From contig JAXHMG010000003.1 in NCBI GenBank assembly GCA_034521595.1, positions 2,080,001 to 2,144,000 of the forward strand: DNA of 64,000 nt, given 5' to 3'. Within the stretch, counting starts at the first letter, position 1. Each line of letters starts with the position of its first letter. The notes under the pieces are model-generated. The model was not told the origin of the DNA. It did no database searches and was given only the letters and a program-made list of their open reading frames with translations. Shown here piece by piece: positions 47,931 to 56,550 of the stretch. Source of the DNA: Gemmatimonadota bacterium (GTDB lineage: Bacteria > Gemmatimonadota > Gemmatimonadetes > Longimicrobiales > Gaopeijiaceae). The position numbers were made by a program, and so were the translations under genes.

Positions 47931-49932
47931 CGCGCTCCGCGTCGAGGGCCTCGAGCGCGCGCTCGACCTCCTCCCACTCCGCGACCAGCCCGTCGACCAC
48001 GCCCTGCAGCTCGTCTCGCTCACGCTGGAGCTCCGCGATCTCCTCGGAATCCGTCTCCTCGTAGTATCCCGGTTGGCAGAACACTTCGTCGATCTCCGCG
48101 ACTCTCGCTTCAGCGGTCTCGAGCTCGGCCGTCACCTCGTCGCGCCGGCGTTCGAGCCGGCGGCTCTCGACCTCGGGATCGACCCGCGCGGATCGGGTGT
48201 CGTTCGACGCTCGCCCCGAACCGTCCGACCGCCCCTTCCTGGAGCCTTCCGCGCGCGCCTTGCCTCCGGCTTCGGACGATCCACTTCGGTCGCGCGCTTC
48301 CTTCCGCGCCTTGAGCACGACGCTCTCGGCATCGAGGTGATCGTCGCCGTACGCGGCGACGTACTCCTCGTACGTGCCGTGGTAGTCCCTGATCCCGTCC
48401 CTCCGGATATCGACGACCCGCGTAGCGAGCCGGCTGACGAACCACCGGTCGTGGGACACGAGAATGAGCGTGCCGTCGTATTGGCGGAGCTCTTCGACCA
48501 AAGCCTCGATCGATTCGAGGTCCAGGTGGTTGGTGGGCTCGTCGAGCACGAGCACGTTCGGGCGCTCGAGCTGAAGCCGGGCGAAGACGAGCCGGGCCGC
48601 CTCCCCGCCGGAGAGCGCACGGAGCCGCTTCTGGCCGTCATCCCCCGAGAAGAGCATGAGCCCCATGTGCCCTCGCACGAACCCGCGATCCCGATCCGGG
48701 CAGAAGTCCCAGAGCCAGGCTTCCGCGGTCCGGTCCGACTCCTCCACCTGCTCCCGGTGATCCTGCGCGAAGTAGCCGGGATGGGTCTCGTAGCCCCACT
48801 CGACCTCACCGGCATCGGCTTCGAGGTCGCCCATGACGATCTTGAGGAGCGTCGACTTCCCGATCCCGTTGGGCCCCATGATCACCAGCCGCTCCCCACG
48901 CCGCACGAGCAGGTCGACGCCGTGCAGGACTTCGTGATCGCCGTACGCTTTGCGCACGCCGGAGACCCGCAGCACCTCCTTGCCGCTCGGACGCCGCTGC
49001 TCGAAGCGGAACTTCGGATAACGCCGCGAGCTTCCCGGAAGCTCCTCGAGTGCATCGGCCTTCTTCTCGATCATGCGGAGCTTGCTCTGGGCCTGCCGCG
49101 CCTTGCTCGCCTTCGCGCGGAAGCGGTCCACGAACTTCTGGTGGTGCGCGATCTCCTTCTCGCGCCCCTCGATCTCTTTCTCGCGCCGCTCGCGGTCCGC
49201 CTTCTTCTGCTCGAGAAACGACGTGTAGTTCCCGTTGTACAGCGTCACCGTCTCGTAATCCACGTCGAGGATGTGCGTCGAGACGTTGTCGAGGAAACGA
49301 TGGTCGTGCGAGATGACGACGACCGGTCCCTTGAACGCTTGCAAGAAGCCCTCCAGCCACCGGATCGACAGGATGTCCAGGTGGTTGGTCGGCTCGTCGA
49401 GGAGAAGAATGTCGGGATTGCTGGCGAGGACCTGTGCGAGGAGGACGCGCAGCTTGAAGCCCCCGGAGAGGGTCGAGAGCGGATCACGGTGCACCTCGGC
49501 GGGCAACCCCAACCCCTCCAGAATCGCCGCCGCCCGCGCCTCGGCCGAGTAGCCGTCGTGACGTTGGACGGTCTCCTCCAGCTCGGAGAACCGCTCGGCG
49601 TCGAAGTGCTCCCCGGCGTTCGCCAGGATCTTCTCCTTCTCGACCATGGCGTCCCAGAGCTCCGGATTTCCCATGAGCGCGACGCCGAGGATCTCCTGAT
49701 CCTCGTACATGAATTGGTCCTGGCGGAGCACCCCGAGGCGGACATCCTTCGGAATGGATACCTGGCCGGAGGTCGCTTCCTCCTCGCCGGTCAGGATCCC
49801 GAGAAGCGTGGTCTTGCCGGATCCGTTGGCGCCCACGAGCCCGTACCGTTCGCCCGGATTGAGCTGGAACGAGACGTCACTGAAGAGCGTGTGGTCGCCG
49901 AACGATTTCTCGAGATTCGATACGGATATCAT
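47914..49932 (-). CDS. ABC-F family ATPase (YbiT/YheS-like) with C-terminal coiled-coil extension
   Basis: Two ABC domains (GANGSGKT, LSGG, LLLDEPTNHLD; GPNGIGKS, LSGGE, DEPTNHLD) and no TM segments. Confidence 0.94.
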   Translation of the reverse strand: MISVSNLEKSFGDHTLFSDVSFQLNPGERYGLVGANGSGKTTLLGILTGEEEATSGQVSIPKDVRLGVLRQDQFMYEDQEILGVALMGNPELWDAMVEKEKILANAGEHFDAERFSELEETVQRHDGYSAEARAAAILEGLGLPAEVHRDPLSTLSGGFKLRVLLAQVLASNPDILLLDEPTNHLDILSIRWLEGFLQAFKGPVVVISHDHRFLDNVSTHILDVDYETVTLYNGNYTSFLEQKKADRERREKEIEGREKEIAHHQKFVDRFRAKASKARQAQSKLRMIEKKADALEELPGSSRRYPKFRFEQRRPSGKEVLRVSGVRKAYGDHEVLHGVDLLVRRGERLVIMGPNGIGKSTLLKIVMGDLEADAGEVEWGYETHPGYFAQDHREQVEESDRTAEAWLWDFCPDRDRGFVRGHMGLMLFSGDDGQKRLRALSGGEAARLVFARLQLERPNVLVLDEPTNHLDLESIEALVEELRQYDGTLILVSHDRWFVSRLATRVVDIRRDGIRDYHGTYEEYVAAYGDDHLDAESVVLKARKEARDRSGSSEAGGKARAEGSRKGRSDGSGRASNDTRSARVDPEVESRRLERRRDEVTAELETAEARVAEIDEVFCQPGYYEETDSEEIAELQRERDELQGVVDGLVAEWEEVERALEALDAERATARS

Positions 49933-50066
49933 GGTGGGAGAATCTAGCGGAACGGCACTTCCCTGTGAGGGGGCACGGCGAGCCGCTTACGCCGGCCCCA
50001 AGCGCCCCACGGGCACGACGCGCACCACGCGCCGACCGGCGCTGCCCGCCCGCCGTCACCCCTCCG

Positions 50067-50516
50067 CTACCCGCCCGGAATCCGATCCTGCGCGACGGAG
50101 ACCCAGATCACGACGCGGCCCGGATCTCCATCGAGCTCCACGAAGTGCACGTGCATCCGGTCGCGCTCGTCGGATTCCTGGAGCTGTCGGAGCACGAACA
50201 GGATGTCCCGCCGGTCCATCACGGTGGCGTGCGGCACCGACCGTCTCACCGAATCCGCTTCGGCTTCGTCCGGCGGGGGAGGGAGCGAGTCGGAGGGAAA
50301 GGCGAAGAAGATCTCCTCGTCGTCATCCGTGCGGAGCACGAAGCCGTCGGAAAGCTGGCCGACGAGCGTGCCGGTCAGCGAATCCGTGGGTAGCTCGGTG
50401 CCAGAGGGCAGATCCCCGGACCCCTGCGCGGCGAGCGCCGTCGACGTGACGAGCCCGAGCACCAGCCCGAGGAGCATCGATGGAATGCGTGGCGTTCGAA
50501 TAGGTCTATCCTCCAT
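50067..50516 (-). CDS. Secreted hypothetical protein
   Basis: Signal-peptide-like LLGLVLGLVTSTALAAQ followed by an acidic domain; the start is uncertain. Confidence 0.55.
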   Translation of the reverse strand: MEDRPIRTPRIPSMLLGLVLGLVTSTALAAQGSGDLPSGTELPTDSLTGTLVGQLSDGFVLRTDDDEEIFFAFPSDSLPPPPDEAEADSVRRSVPHATVMDRRDILFVLRQLQESDERDRMHVHFVELDGDPGRVVIWVSVAQDRIPGG

Positions 50517-50602
50517 TTTCGGGAACGGGACCAACAGCCAAGCCTTCTACACCGACTTACTCATAACGTTCACGCCAACAACACCTTACACTGCCACTCC
50601 CT

Positions 50603-51118
50603 TCATCCGTCAGGGAGGGTGCGATACTCCCGGGCCCAGAAGAGGAGCGGACGATCGCTGGGTCCCAGCTCGATCTCCTCCACGCGAACCACGACCAAGC
50701 GGCTCCCCCCCTCCGTGGCGTGGATGGCTCGCACCCGACACTCGAGCGCGGCGCTCGCATCGGGAATGACCGGCACCCCCTGCTCCCGCCAGGGCGTCGG
50801 CCCGACCGGCACCGGATCCGCGAACACGGTCGCCCATCGGCCCTGATCCTCCGAGAGCAGGCTGATGCCCACCTCTCCTCCCTCCTCGACGAACGGGAGG
50901 GCCTGCGCGCTCGGATTCAAAGAGACGACCACTTCCGGAGGCTCGGCGGAAACCGGAGCGAACGAGGTGGCCGTCGTGGCGCGGACCTTACCGTCTTCCT
51001 CGTCCCGAACGGCCACGACCGTCACCGTCGAAGCCCAACGCGCCATCGCCTCCTTGAACCGCTCGTCGCTTACCCCCCGAGCTCCATCAGGCGGGTGGTC
51101 ACCGTGCTGCGTGCCGAT
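50603..51118 (-). CDS. Flavin reductase-family protein
   Basis: RFKEAMARWASTVTVV, ATSFAPVSAEPP, LECRV and PLLF motifs. The first canonical ATG is at 51046; a probable ATC start lies at 51118 after AAGGAG. Confidence 0.85.
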   Translation of the reverse strand: MGTQHGDHPPDGARGVSDERFKEAMARWASTVTVVAVRDEEDGKVRATTATSFAPVSAEPPEVVVSLNPSAQALPFVEEGGEVGISLLSEDQGRWATVFADPVPVGPTPWREQGVPVIPDASAALECRVRAIHATEGGSRLVVVRVEEIELGPSDRPLLFWAREYRTLPDG

Positions 51119-51188
51119 GGTCGTCTCCTTACTTGGCCTGCGTCGTGAATGTGCTCGCGGAGGCTCACCATGCGCTCATGGACGCTCG

Positions 51189-51563
51189 TCAGCAAGACGA
51201 CGAGCGGCGCCAACGACGCCAGACCCCGACGTACACGGCGGCGTTCCCGAGAACGAGCGCGACCCCCAAGCCCACCTGGATTCCGTGGGTGAGCCCCGGA
51301 GGGTAGACGATCGGAACGATATAGTGCTCGATGAACGTCGCCTCGTAACCAGCCTGTCCCGCGGCGCGGCGGAGCCGATTCTCGACGGGCGTGAGGGGAC
51401 ATACACCTCCGGTGAGCTCGATCCACACCCCCCACGCGAGCACCGGGAGGTGCGGCACGCTCACCCACGACCACCGCAGCGCCAACAACCCTCCGAAGAT
51501 CACGAAGAGCACGAACGCCAAGTGCCCGACGAGCACCATGTCCGCTAGAAAGGCGTGGGACAT
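51189..51563 (-). CDS. DUF2784-family membrane protein
   Basis: LADMVLVGHLAFVLFVIFGG, HLP..AWG, CPLTPVEN.LR and FIEHYIVPIVYP motifs. Confidence 0.88.
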   Translation of the reverse strand: MSHAFLADMVLVGHLAFVLFVIFGGLLALRWSWVSVPHLPVLAWGVWIELTGGVCPLTPVENRLRRAAGQAGYEATFIEHYIVPIVYPPGLTHGIQVGLGVALVLGNAAVYVGVWRRWRRSSSC

Positions 51564-51580
51564 GCCGAACCCGGCGCCGT

Positions 51581-52450
51581 CTAGCGCGTCGCGCGCCGGC
51601 GCAGGACGGCTCGAAGCCTGAGGAAGTAACGCGGCGGATCGAGCGGCTTCACCACGTAGTCGTCCGCACCCGCTTCGAAGAGGCTCATCTCGATGTTTCG
51701 ATCCTCGGAGCTCGTGAGCATGACGACCGGCAGATCGTCGTGAGCCGGCTTCGAGCGAATGGCTTGCAACACCTTGAGCCCGTTCATCGGGTGCATGTAG
51801 TAGTCGAGTGACACGGCGTCGATGCTCGCGTCCCGCTCCAGGACGTCGAGAGCCTCCGGCCCCGACCGTACCGCCGTGACCTCGAAGCCCTTGTTCGACA
51901 GGAACGATTCGAGGAGCGTAGCGGTCTCGGGATCGTCGTCGACGACCAGCACGTGCGTGCCGCCATCGCCGTTCCCCCTCTTCGCCGCGGTCGCACCGGA
52001 ATCCGGGGCCTTGCGAGGCTGTCCCGCCCCGACATAGGCATTGGCGAGCGCCTCGCGGATGGCGTCGGGTGCCGCGAGCTCGAAGCGCACCGCCCTGGTG
52101 GACAGCCGGGACACTTCCCGCTCGGCCTCCACGTCGTGCGGATCCGAGGTCGCGACGTCCAGCGTCCGGTCGGTGTACCGGAGGGGCAGCACATGGTACT
52201 TCACGGCCACGATCGCGGGGACCAGACGGGTCGCGTACTGCTCCGCCGACGCGAGATCGGCCACCCTCATCAGGTAACGATCGGCCAGCTGCTGCGTCAG
52301 CTCCGCGTCGTCGAGGTCGGACACGTCCCGCACCCGAGACCACACGTCCACGACCTTCTCCCCGGGCTGCCGATGCAGCCGGTCCGCCCCGGGCAGCTCC
52401 AGGGCCCGGGCTGCGGAGACGAGCCAATGCTCTTCCGGTTCATTGCTCAC
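51581..52450 (-). CDS. Response regulator with N-terminal T2SS-E/PilB N-terminal-like domain
   Basis: LVPAIVAVKYHVLPL...LDVATSDP (T2SSE_N-like), then a REC domain (LVVDDD, LDYYM, GADDYVVKP). Confidence 0.8.
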   Translation of the reverse strand: MSNEPEEHWLVSAARALELPGADRLHRQPGEKVVDVWSRVRDVSDLDDAELTQQLADRYLMRVADLASAEQYATRLVPAIVAVKYHVLPLRYTDRTLDVATSDPHDVEAEREVSRLSTRAVRFELAAPDAIREALANAYVGAGQPRKAPDSGATAAKRGNGDGGTHVLVVDDDPETATLLESFLSNKGFEVTAVRSGPEALDVLERDASIDAVSLDYYMHPMNGLKVLQAIRSKPAHDDLPVVMLTSSEDRNIEMSLFEAGADDYVVKPLDPPRYFLRLRAVLRRRATR

Positions 52451-52452
52451 CC

Positions 52453-52995
52453 TCAAGCTCCCGTCGGGGAATCCTCGTCGTGCTCGAAGAACTCGGCTCC
52501 GGCATCCTTCAGGATCGAGCGTGCCGTCTCGGCCCGCTCACCGGTTGCGTGCACCCCCACCCACACCGCCCCCTCCTCGATGCGACCGGCATGGAAATCC
52601 GCCTCTTCCTTCACGACCCCGAGACCGACGAGCCACCCGGCAACAGCCCCGACGGCCCCTACGGCCAAAGCACCCTCGAGCGCGGCGATCACGGGTCCCA
52701 CGGCGACAAGGGCTGCCGGTCCACCGACGAGGCCGGCGGCGACCATCCCACCGCCGACCGCTCCGATCACCGCGCCGGCCCCGCCGCCGATCTCGGCCCC
52801 CTCGATGATCTCCAACTCGTCCCGGATGGGAACGTCTTCACGCTCCAGCGTCCACTCATCGGTGAGCACCACGGAGATATCGTCTTCGGGCTCGAAGTGC
52901 TCCTCCACGAGCGCAGCGAGTGCTCGCGCCGCTGCCTTCTGGTCTTCGAACACTCCGGCGACAACGCCCCGCGAATCCGCTGCGTATCGACTCAC
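52453..52995 (-). CDS. Gly/Ala-rich membrane protein (general-stress-protein-like)
   Basis: VVAGVF...A..A...L...F....ISV, a glycine-zipper hydrophobic stretch and EGAVWVGVH...ARSILKDAGA; GTG at 52995. Confidence 0.7.
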   Translation of the reverse strand: MSRYAADSRGVVAGVFEDQKAAARALAALVEEHFEPEDDISVVLTDEWTLEREDVPIRDELEIIEGAEIGGGAGAVIGAVGGGMVAAGLVGGPAALVAVGPVIAALEGALAVGAVGAVAGWLVGLGVVKEEADFHAGRIEEGAVWVGVHATGERAETARSILKDAGAEFFEHDEDSPTGA

Positions 52996-53063
52996 TCGAC
53001 CTCCCGGCTGGTTCTCATGATCTCCGTGCTTCCTTCGAACATCGCGACGGGGACGCACACACG

Positions 53064-53378
53064 CTATCCTTCACGGTTCCGCTCCCGCGCCTTCTCGGCG
53101 GCCTCCTCGACGGCGGCGCGGAGACGCGGCCATACGTACGGCGCCCGCTCGAGGAACGTCGCCCGCTCGTCGTCGCGGCCCTCGAGGTACGCCCACGCGG
53201 CCCGCCCGCCCTTCCGGCGATTACACTCGACGCACGCCGTGACGAGGTTGCCCGGGCTGTTGTCTCCGCCTCGCATCCTCGGCTCCACGTGATCCACGCT
53301 CAGGACCGCGTCGGGCTCGCCACGCCCGCAATAGACGCAGCAGTACCCGTCGCGGGCGAACACCTCCTGACGGTCCAT
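53064..53378 (-). CDS. Small HNH endonuclease (104 aa)
   Basis: VFARDGYCCVYCG...VDHVEPRMRGG...NLVTACVECNRRKG; ATG at 53378. Confidence 0.9.
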   Translation of the reverse strand: MDRQEVFARDGYCCVYCGRGEPDAVLSVDHVEPRMRGGDNSPGNLVTACVECNRRKGGRAAWAYLEGRDDERATFLERAPYVWPRLRAAVEEAAEKARERNREG

Positions 53379-53428
53379 CACGGCACACGCAGCGAGCCGG
53401 GGGCAGCTCCCCGGCCCACACGGGCTGC

Positions 53429-53591
53429 TAGTGATGTGTCTCAGAAGTCCAGAGGCATTCGAGCGCCGCTGCATCCACCCCGGCTGCGTTGCTCCTCCGC
53501 GACGTAGCGCTGCTACGCCTTGTCGTCGCGCCTTGCCGAGGCGGCGCTTCGACACTCTCGGTGCTCACTGGACTTCTGAGGCACATCACTA
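53429..53591. mobile_element. MITE-like palindromic element, 24-bp terminal inverted repeats including flanking TA
   Basis: TAGTGATGTGTCTCAGAAGTCCAG (53429-53452) versus CTGGACTTCTGAGGCACATCACTA (53568-53591), a 23/24 match. Internal hairpin CGTAGC-GCT-GCTACG (53503-53517). TA at both ends. Confidence 0.75.
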
Positions 53592-54968
53592 CCGGCCGAT
53601 CAATCCAGTCGGAAAGCCGACGGGGCTCTCGTTCCCGTCCCGCCCGACCGCCGCGACGCCGAACACGTAGTTGTCGATCACCACGTTCTCGAGCGTGAAC
53701 TCGGTGACGTCCCCGACCCACCGTGACCACTGCCACTGCGCATCCGTGGTGCGCCGCCAGTAGATCTTGTACCCGGCGAGGTTCGGGTCGGATACCGGAT
53801 CCCACGACAGCGTCGTGCTCGGCCGTACCGCGCCGCCGATCCGCACGTTCTCGGGGGTCGGAGGCGCCCACGCCATGGCGGCCAGCACGGTGGCGTTGAG
53901 GCTGGTCATCTTCGCGGCGAAATCGAAGTCCACGCCCTCGATGACGTCTCCGTACTCCCGTCCGTCCTCGACGCGGATGTCCTGGTGCTGCCGGTCGTAG
54001 TGCTCGTGGGCCTCCATGATGCGCACGCCCGGGAAGCCGGCGTCGTTGAACGGTCTGTGGTGCCCGCCCCGCCCGAAGCGGTCGAGCCGGTAGATCATCA
54101 TCGCGTCGAGGTTCGGGAAGTAGCCGTCGGCGATCCGGTCCACGTACCGCGCGATCTGCCGGGAGGGCCCGTCGACCTCACCCCCGTAGACCCGGTAGCT
54201 CCAGCCCTCCGGCTCGTGCTCCTCGACCGGCGTCGGCTGGCTGAACACCCGGAAGACCGTGTTGTCGATCACCCCGTCGATCCCCGCGATGTTGCCGATC
54301 ATGTCGTTGTTGAGGACGGCGGCGATGTCCCAGCCTTCCTCCACGGCGTCGGCGGCCAGGTACTGGCCGCCCCAGAGGCCCTGCTCCTCGCCGGACAGCC
54401 CGACGAACGCGACGCTGCTCGGAAACTCGTGCTGCGAGAGGATCCGGGCCGCCTCGATGGTGCCGGCCATCCCCGAGGCGTTGTCGTTGGCGCCGGGCGC
54501 GTCGGTCTCTCCGTCCGACCCGTTCGAAGCCCGTGAATCGATGTCGCCGGACATCATGACGTAACGGTTCGGGTGCTCGGTACCGCGCAGGATCGCGACC
54601 ACGTTGACGATCTCGACGTCTTCGGTGATCCGGCCGTCGGCTTCCATGAAGGTGCGGTGGTAGGAGACCTCCAGGCAGCCCCCGCACGCCTCGCTGATCT
54701 CGTCGAACTCGGCCTTGATCCACCGGCGGGCGGCGCCGATGCCGCGCGTGTCGGAGAGCGTGTCGGAGAGCGTATTGCGCGTCCCGAAGCCGGCGAGCGT
54801 CCGGATGTCGTCCTCGACTCGCTCGGACGAGGCGGCTTCGGCGATCTCGTAGAGCCTCGGATCGAGCTCCGGCGGCAGCGTCGACTGCCCGGTGAGCGCG
54901 GAGGGCAGAGCCACCAGCCCGCCCAGCATGCAACCGATCAACGTCCAGTTCCGTAGCGCCACGTCCAT
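53589..54968 (-). CDS. Secreted M28-family metallopeptidase with C-terminal FnIII-like domain
   Basis: GDIDSR, APGANDNASG, GEEQGL, NNDMIG, DRFGRGGHH and HYDRQH motifs; ATG at 54968. Confidence 0.9.
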   Translation of the reverse strand: MDVALRNWTLIGCMLGGLVALPSALTGQSTLPPELDPRLYEIAEAASSERVEDDIRTLAGFGTRNTLSDTLSDTRGIGAARRWIKAEFDEISEACGGCLEVSYHRTFMEADGRITEDVEIVNVVAILRGTEHPNRYVMMSGDIDSRASNGSDGETDAPGANDNASGMAGTIEAARILSQHEFPSSVAFVGLSGEEQGLWGGQYLAADAVEEGWDIAAVLNNDMIGNIAGIDGVIDNTVFRVFSQPTPVEEHEPEGWSYRVYGGEVDGPSRQIARYVDRIADGYFPNLDAMMIYRLDRFGRGGHHRPFNDAGFPGVRIMEAHEHYDRQHQDIRVEDGREYGDVIEGVDFDFAAKMTSLNATVLAAMAWAPPTPENVRIGGAVRPSTTLSWDPVSDPNLAGYKIYWRRTTDAQWQWSRWVGDVTEFTLENVVIDNYVFGVAAVGRDGNESPVGFPTGLIGR

Positions 54969-55161
54969 CCTCCTGAGTCGGTGCGACGCGCCCGACACGG
55001 CCGCGTCCCTGTTTCCGTTCCCACCGGAAACCTTAACATGCGGCACCAAACGTCCGGCGCCACCCCCGAAACGTTCGCGCCGGTCGTGACGTAGACAGGT
55101 GCGTGCGGCGATCGCCCCCGCGGGGTCGCCCCGAACCGAACCGAACGAAGGACGACCACGA

Positions 55162-56550
55162 ATGGCACGCAAGGCACAGCTCGGCCTCGCCGCCGCTCTC
55201 GCGCTCACGGCGTGGGCATGCGGGGGCGACCCGGACGCACGGGCCGGGCTCTCCGTCCCCGTCACCTACGACTCGCTCGACAACGGATTGCGGGTCGTGC
55301 TCTCCGAGGATCACACCGCACCGACCGCCACGGTCGCCCTCTACTACGATGTCGGCTTCAGGGTCGAGCCCGAGGGACGGACCGGCTTCGCGCACCTGTT
55401 CGAGCACATGATGTTCCAGGGCTCGGAGAACCTCGGCCCGATGGAGTTCGTGCGCATGGTGCAGGAGAACGGCGGCGTGCTGAACGGCTCCACCCGGCAC
55501 GACTTCACCAACTACTACGAGATCGTGCCCGCGCACACGCTGGAGCGGATCCTGTGGGCGGAGGCCGACCGCATGCGTGGATTGCGCATCACCGAGGACC
55601 GTCTCGCCAACCAACGCGACGTCGTGAAGAACGAGGTGCGCGTGAACGTGCTCAACCAGCCGTACGGCGGCTTTCCGTGGCTCGACCTTCCGCAGGTCGC
55701 GTTCGAGAACTGGCACAACGCGCACAACTTCTACGGAGACTTCACGGATCTGGACGCCGCGACCCTCGAAGACGTGCAGGCGTTCTTCGACCGGTACTAC
55801 GCGCCCAACAACGCCGTGCTCGTGGTCGTGGGCGATTTCGAGTCGGAGCGGACGATGGAATGGATCCGGGACTACTTCGGCGACATCCCGCGCGGTCCCG
55901 CGACCGAGCGTCCCGACGTCTCCGAGCCTCGCCAGGAGGCCGAAAAGCGAGAGACTCGGACCGATCCTCTGGCCAACCGCCCGGCGGTCGCGCTCGGCTA
56001 CCGGATGCCCGAGCGGGGCTCCGCCGACTACTGGGCCATGGGCCTTCTCGACCAGATCCTGCTCCAGGGCGACGATGCCTGGCTCCACCAGGCGCTCGTG
56101 CAGCGCCGGGGCCTCACCGGAAGCGTGAGCGGCGGCGTGAACGCTCAGCTCGGCAACCTGTACAACTCCGGAGGCCCCACCCTGTGGACGGCCTCGCTCA
56201 TCCACGACCCCGGCGTCTCGACCGACTCGATCGTCGCGGTCGTGGACTCGGTGGTGGAACGGGCCCGAACGGACCTCGTCGACCCCGAGACGCTCGAGCG
56301 AGCCCGGACCAAGGCCAGATCGGCGCTCTACGACGAGATCGACGCCTTCTTCGGGTTCGGCCTCGCGGACCTGCTCGCGAGCTTCGCGCTGTTCGACGAC
56401 GACCCCGCGAGGGTCAACGAGATCGACGCGACGTTCCAGGACGTCACCGCCGAGCAGCTCCAACGCACCGCCCGGGAGTACCTACGACCCACGAACCGCA
56501 CGATTCTGACGCTCGAACCCGAGTCGACAAGTGAGGGAGGTTCCCGATGA
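55162..56550 (+). CDS. M16 (pitrilysin) family peptidase, catalytic subunit, lipoprotein
   Basis: LDNGL, GFAHLFEHMMFQGS (HXXEH) and YYAPNNA motifs; lipobox-like AWAC. Confidence 0.93.
   Translation: MARKAQLGLAAALALTAWACGGDPDARAGLSVPVTYDSLDNGLRVVLSEDHTAPTATVALYYDVGFRVEPEGRTGFAHLFEHMMFQGSENLGPMEFVRMVQENGGVLNGSTRHDFTNYYEIVPAHTLERILWAEADRMRGLRITEDRLANQRDVVKNEVRVNVLNQPYGGFPWLDLPQVAFENWHNAHNFYGDFTDLDAATLEDVQAFFDRYYAPNNAVLVVVGDFESERTMEWIRDYFGDIPRGPATERPDVSEPRQEAEKRETRTDPLANRPAVALGYRMPERGSADYWAMGLLDQILLQGDDAWLHQALVQRRGLTGSVSGGVNAQLGNLYNSGGPTLWTASLIHDPGVSTDSIVAVVDSVVERARTDLVDPETLERARTKARSALYDEIDAFFGFGLADLLASFALFDDDPARVNEIDATFQDVTAEQLQRTAREYLRPTNRTILTLEPESTSEGGSR

Noticed and set aside
53064-53378. 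HNH gene as IscB/Cas9-like or CRISPR-associated nuclease
   Set aside because: Only 104 aa, with no RuvC segments or bridge helix, and no repeat-spacer array was seen in the window.
29420-56463. Other long opposite-strand ORFs (29420..31927, 44376..46628, 47737..49947, 55033..56463)
   Set aside because: All lie antisense to motif-supported genes and have no motifs of their own.
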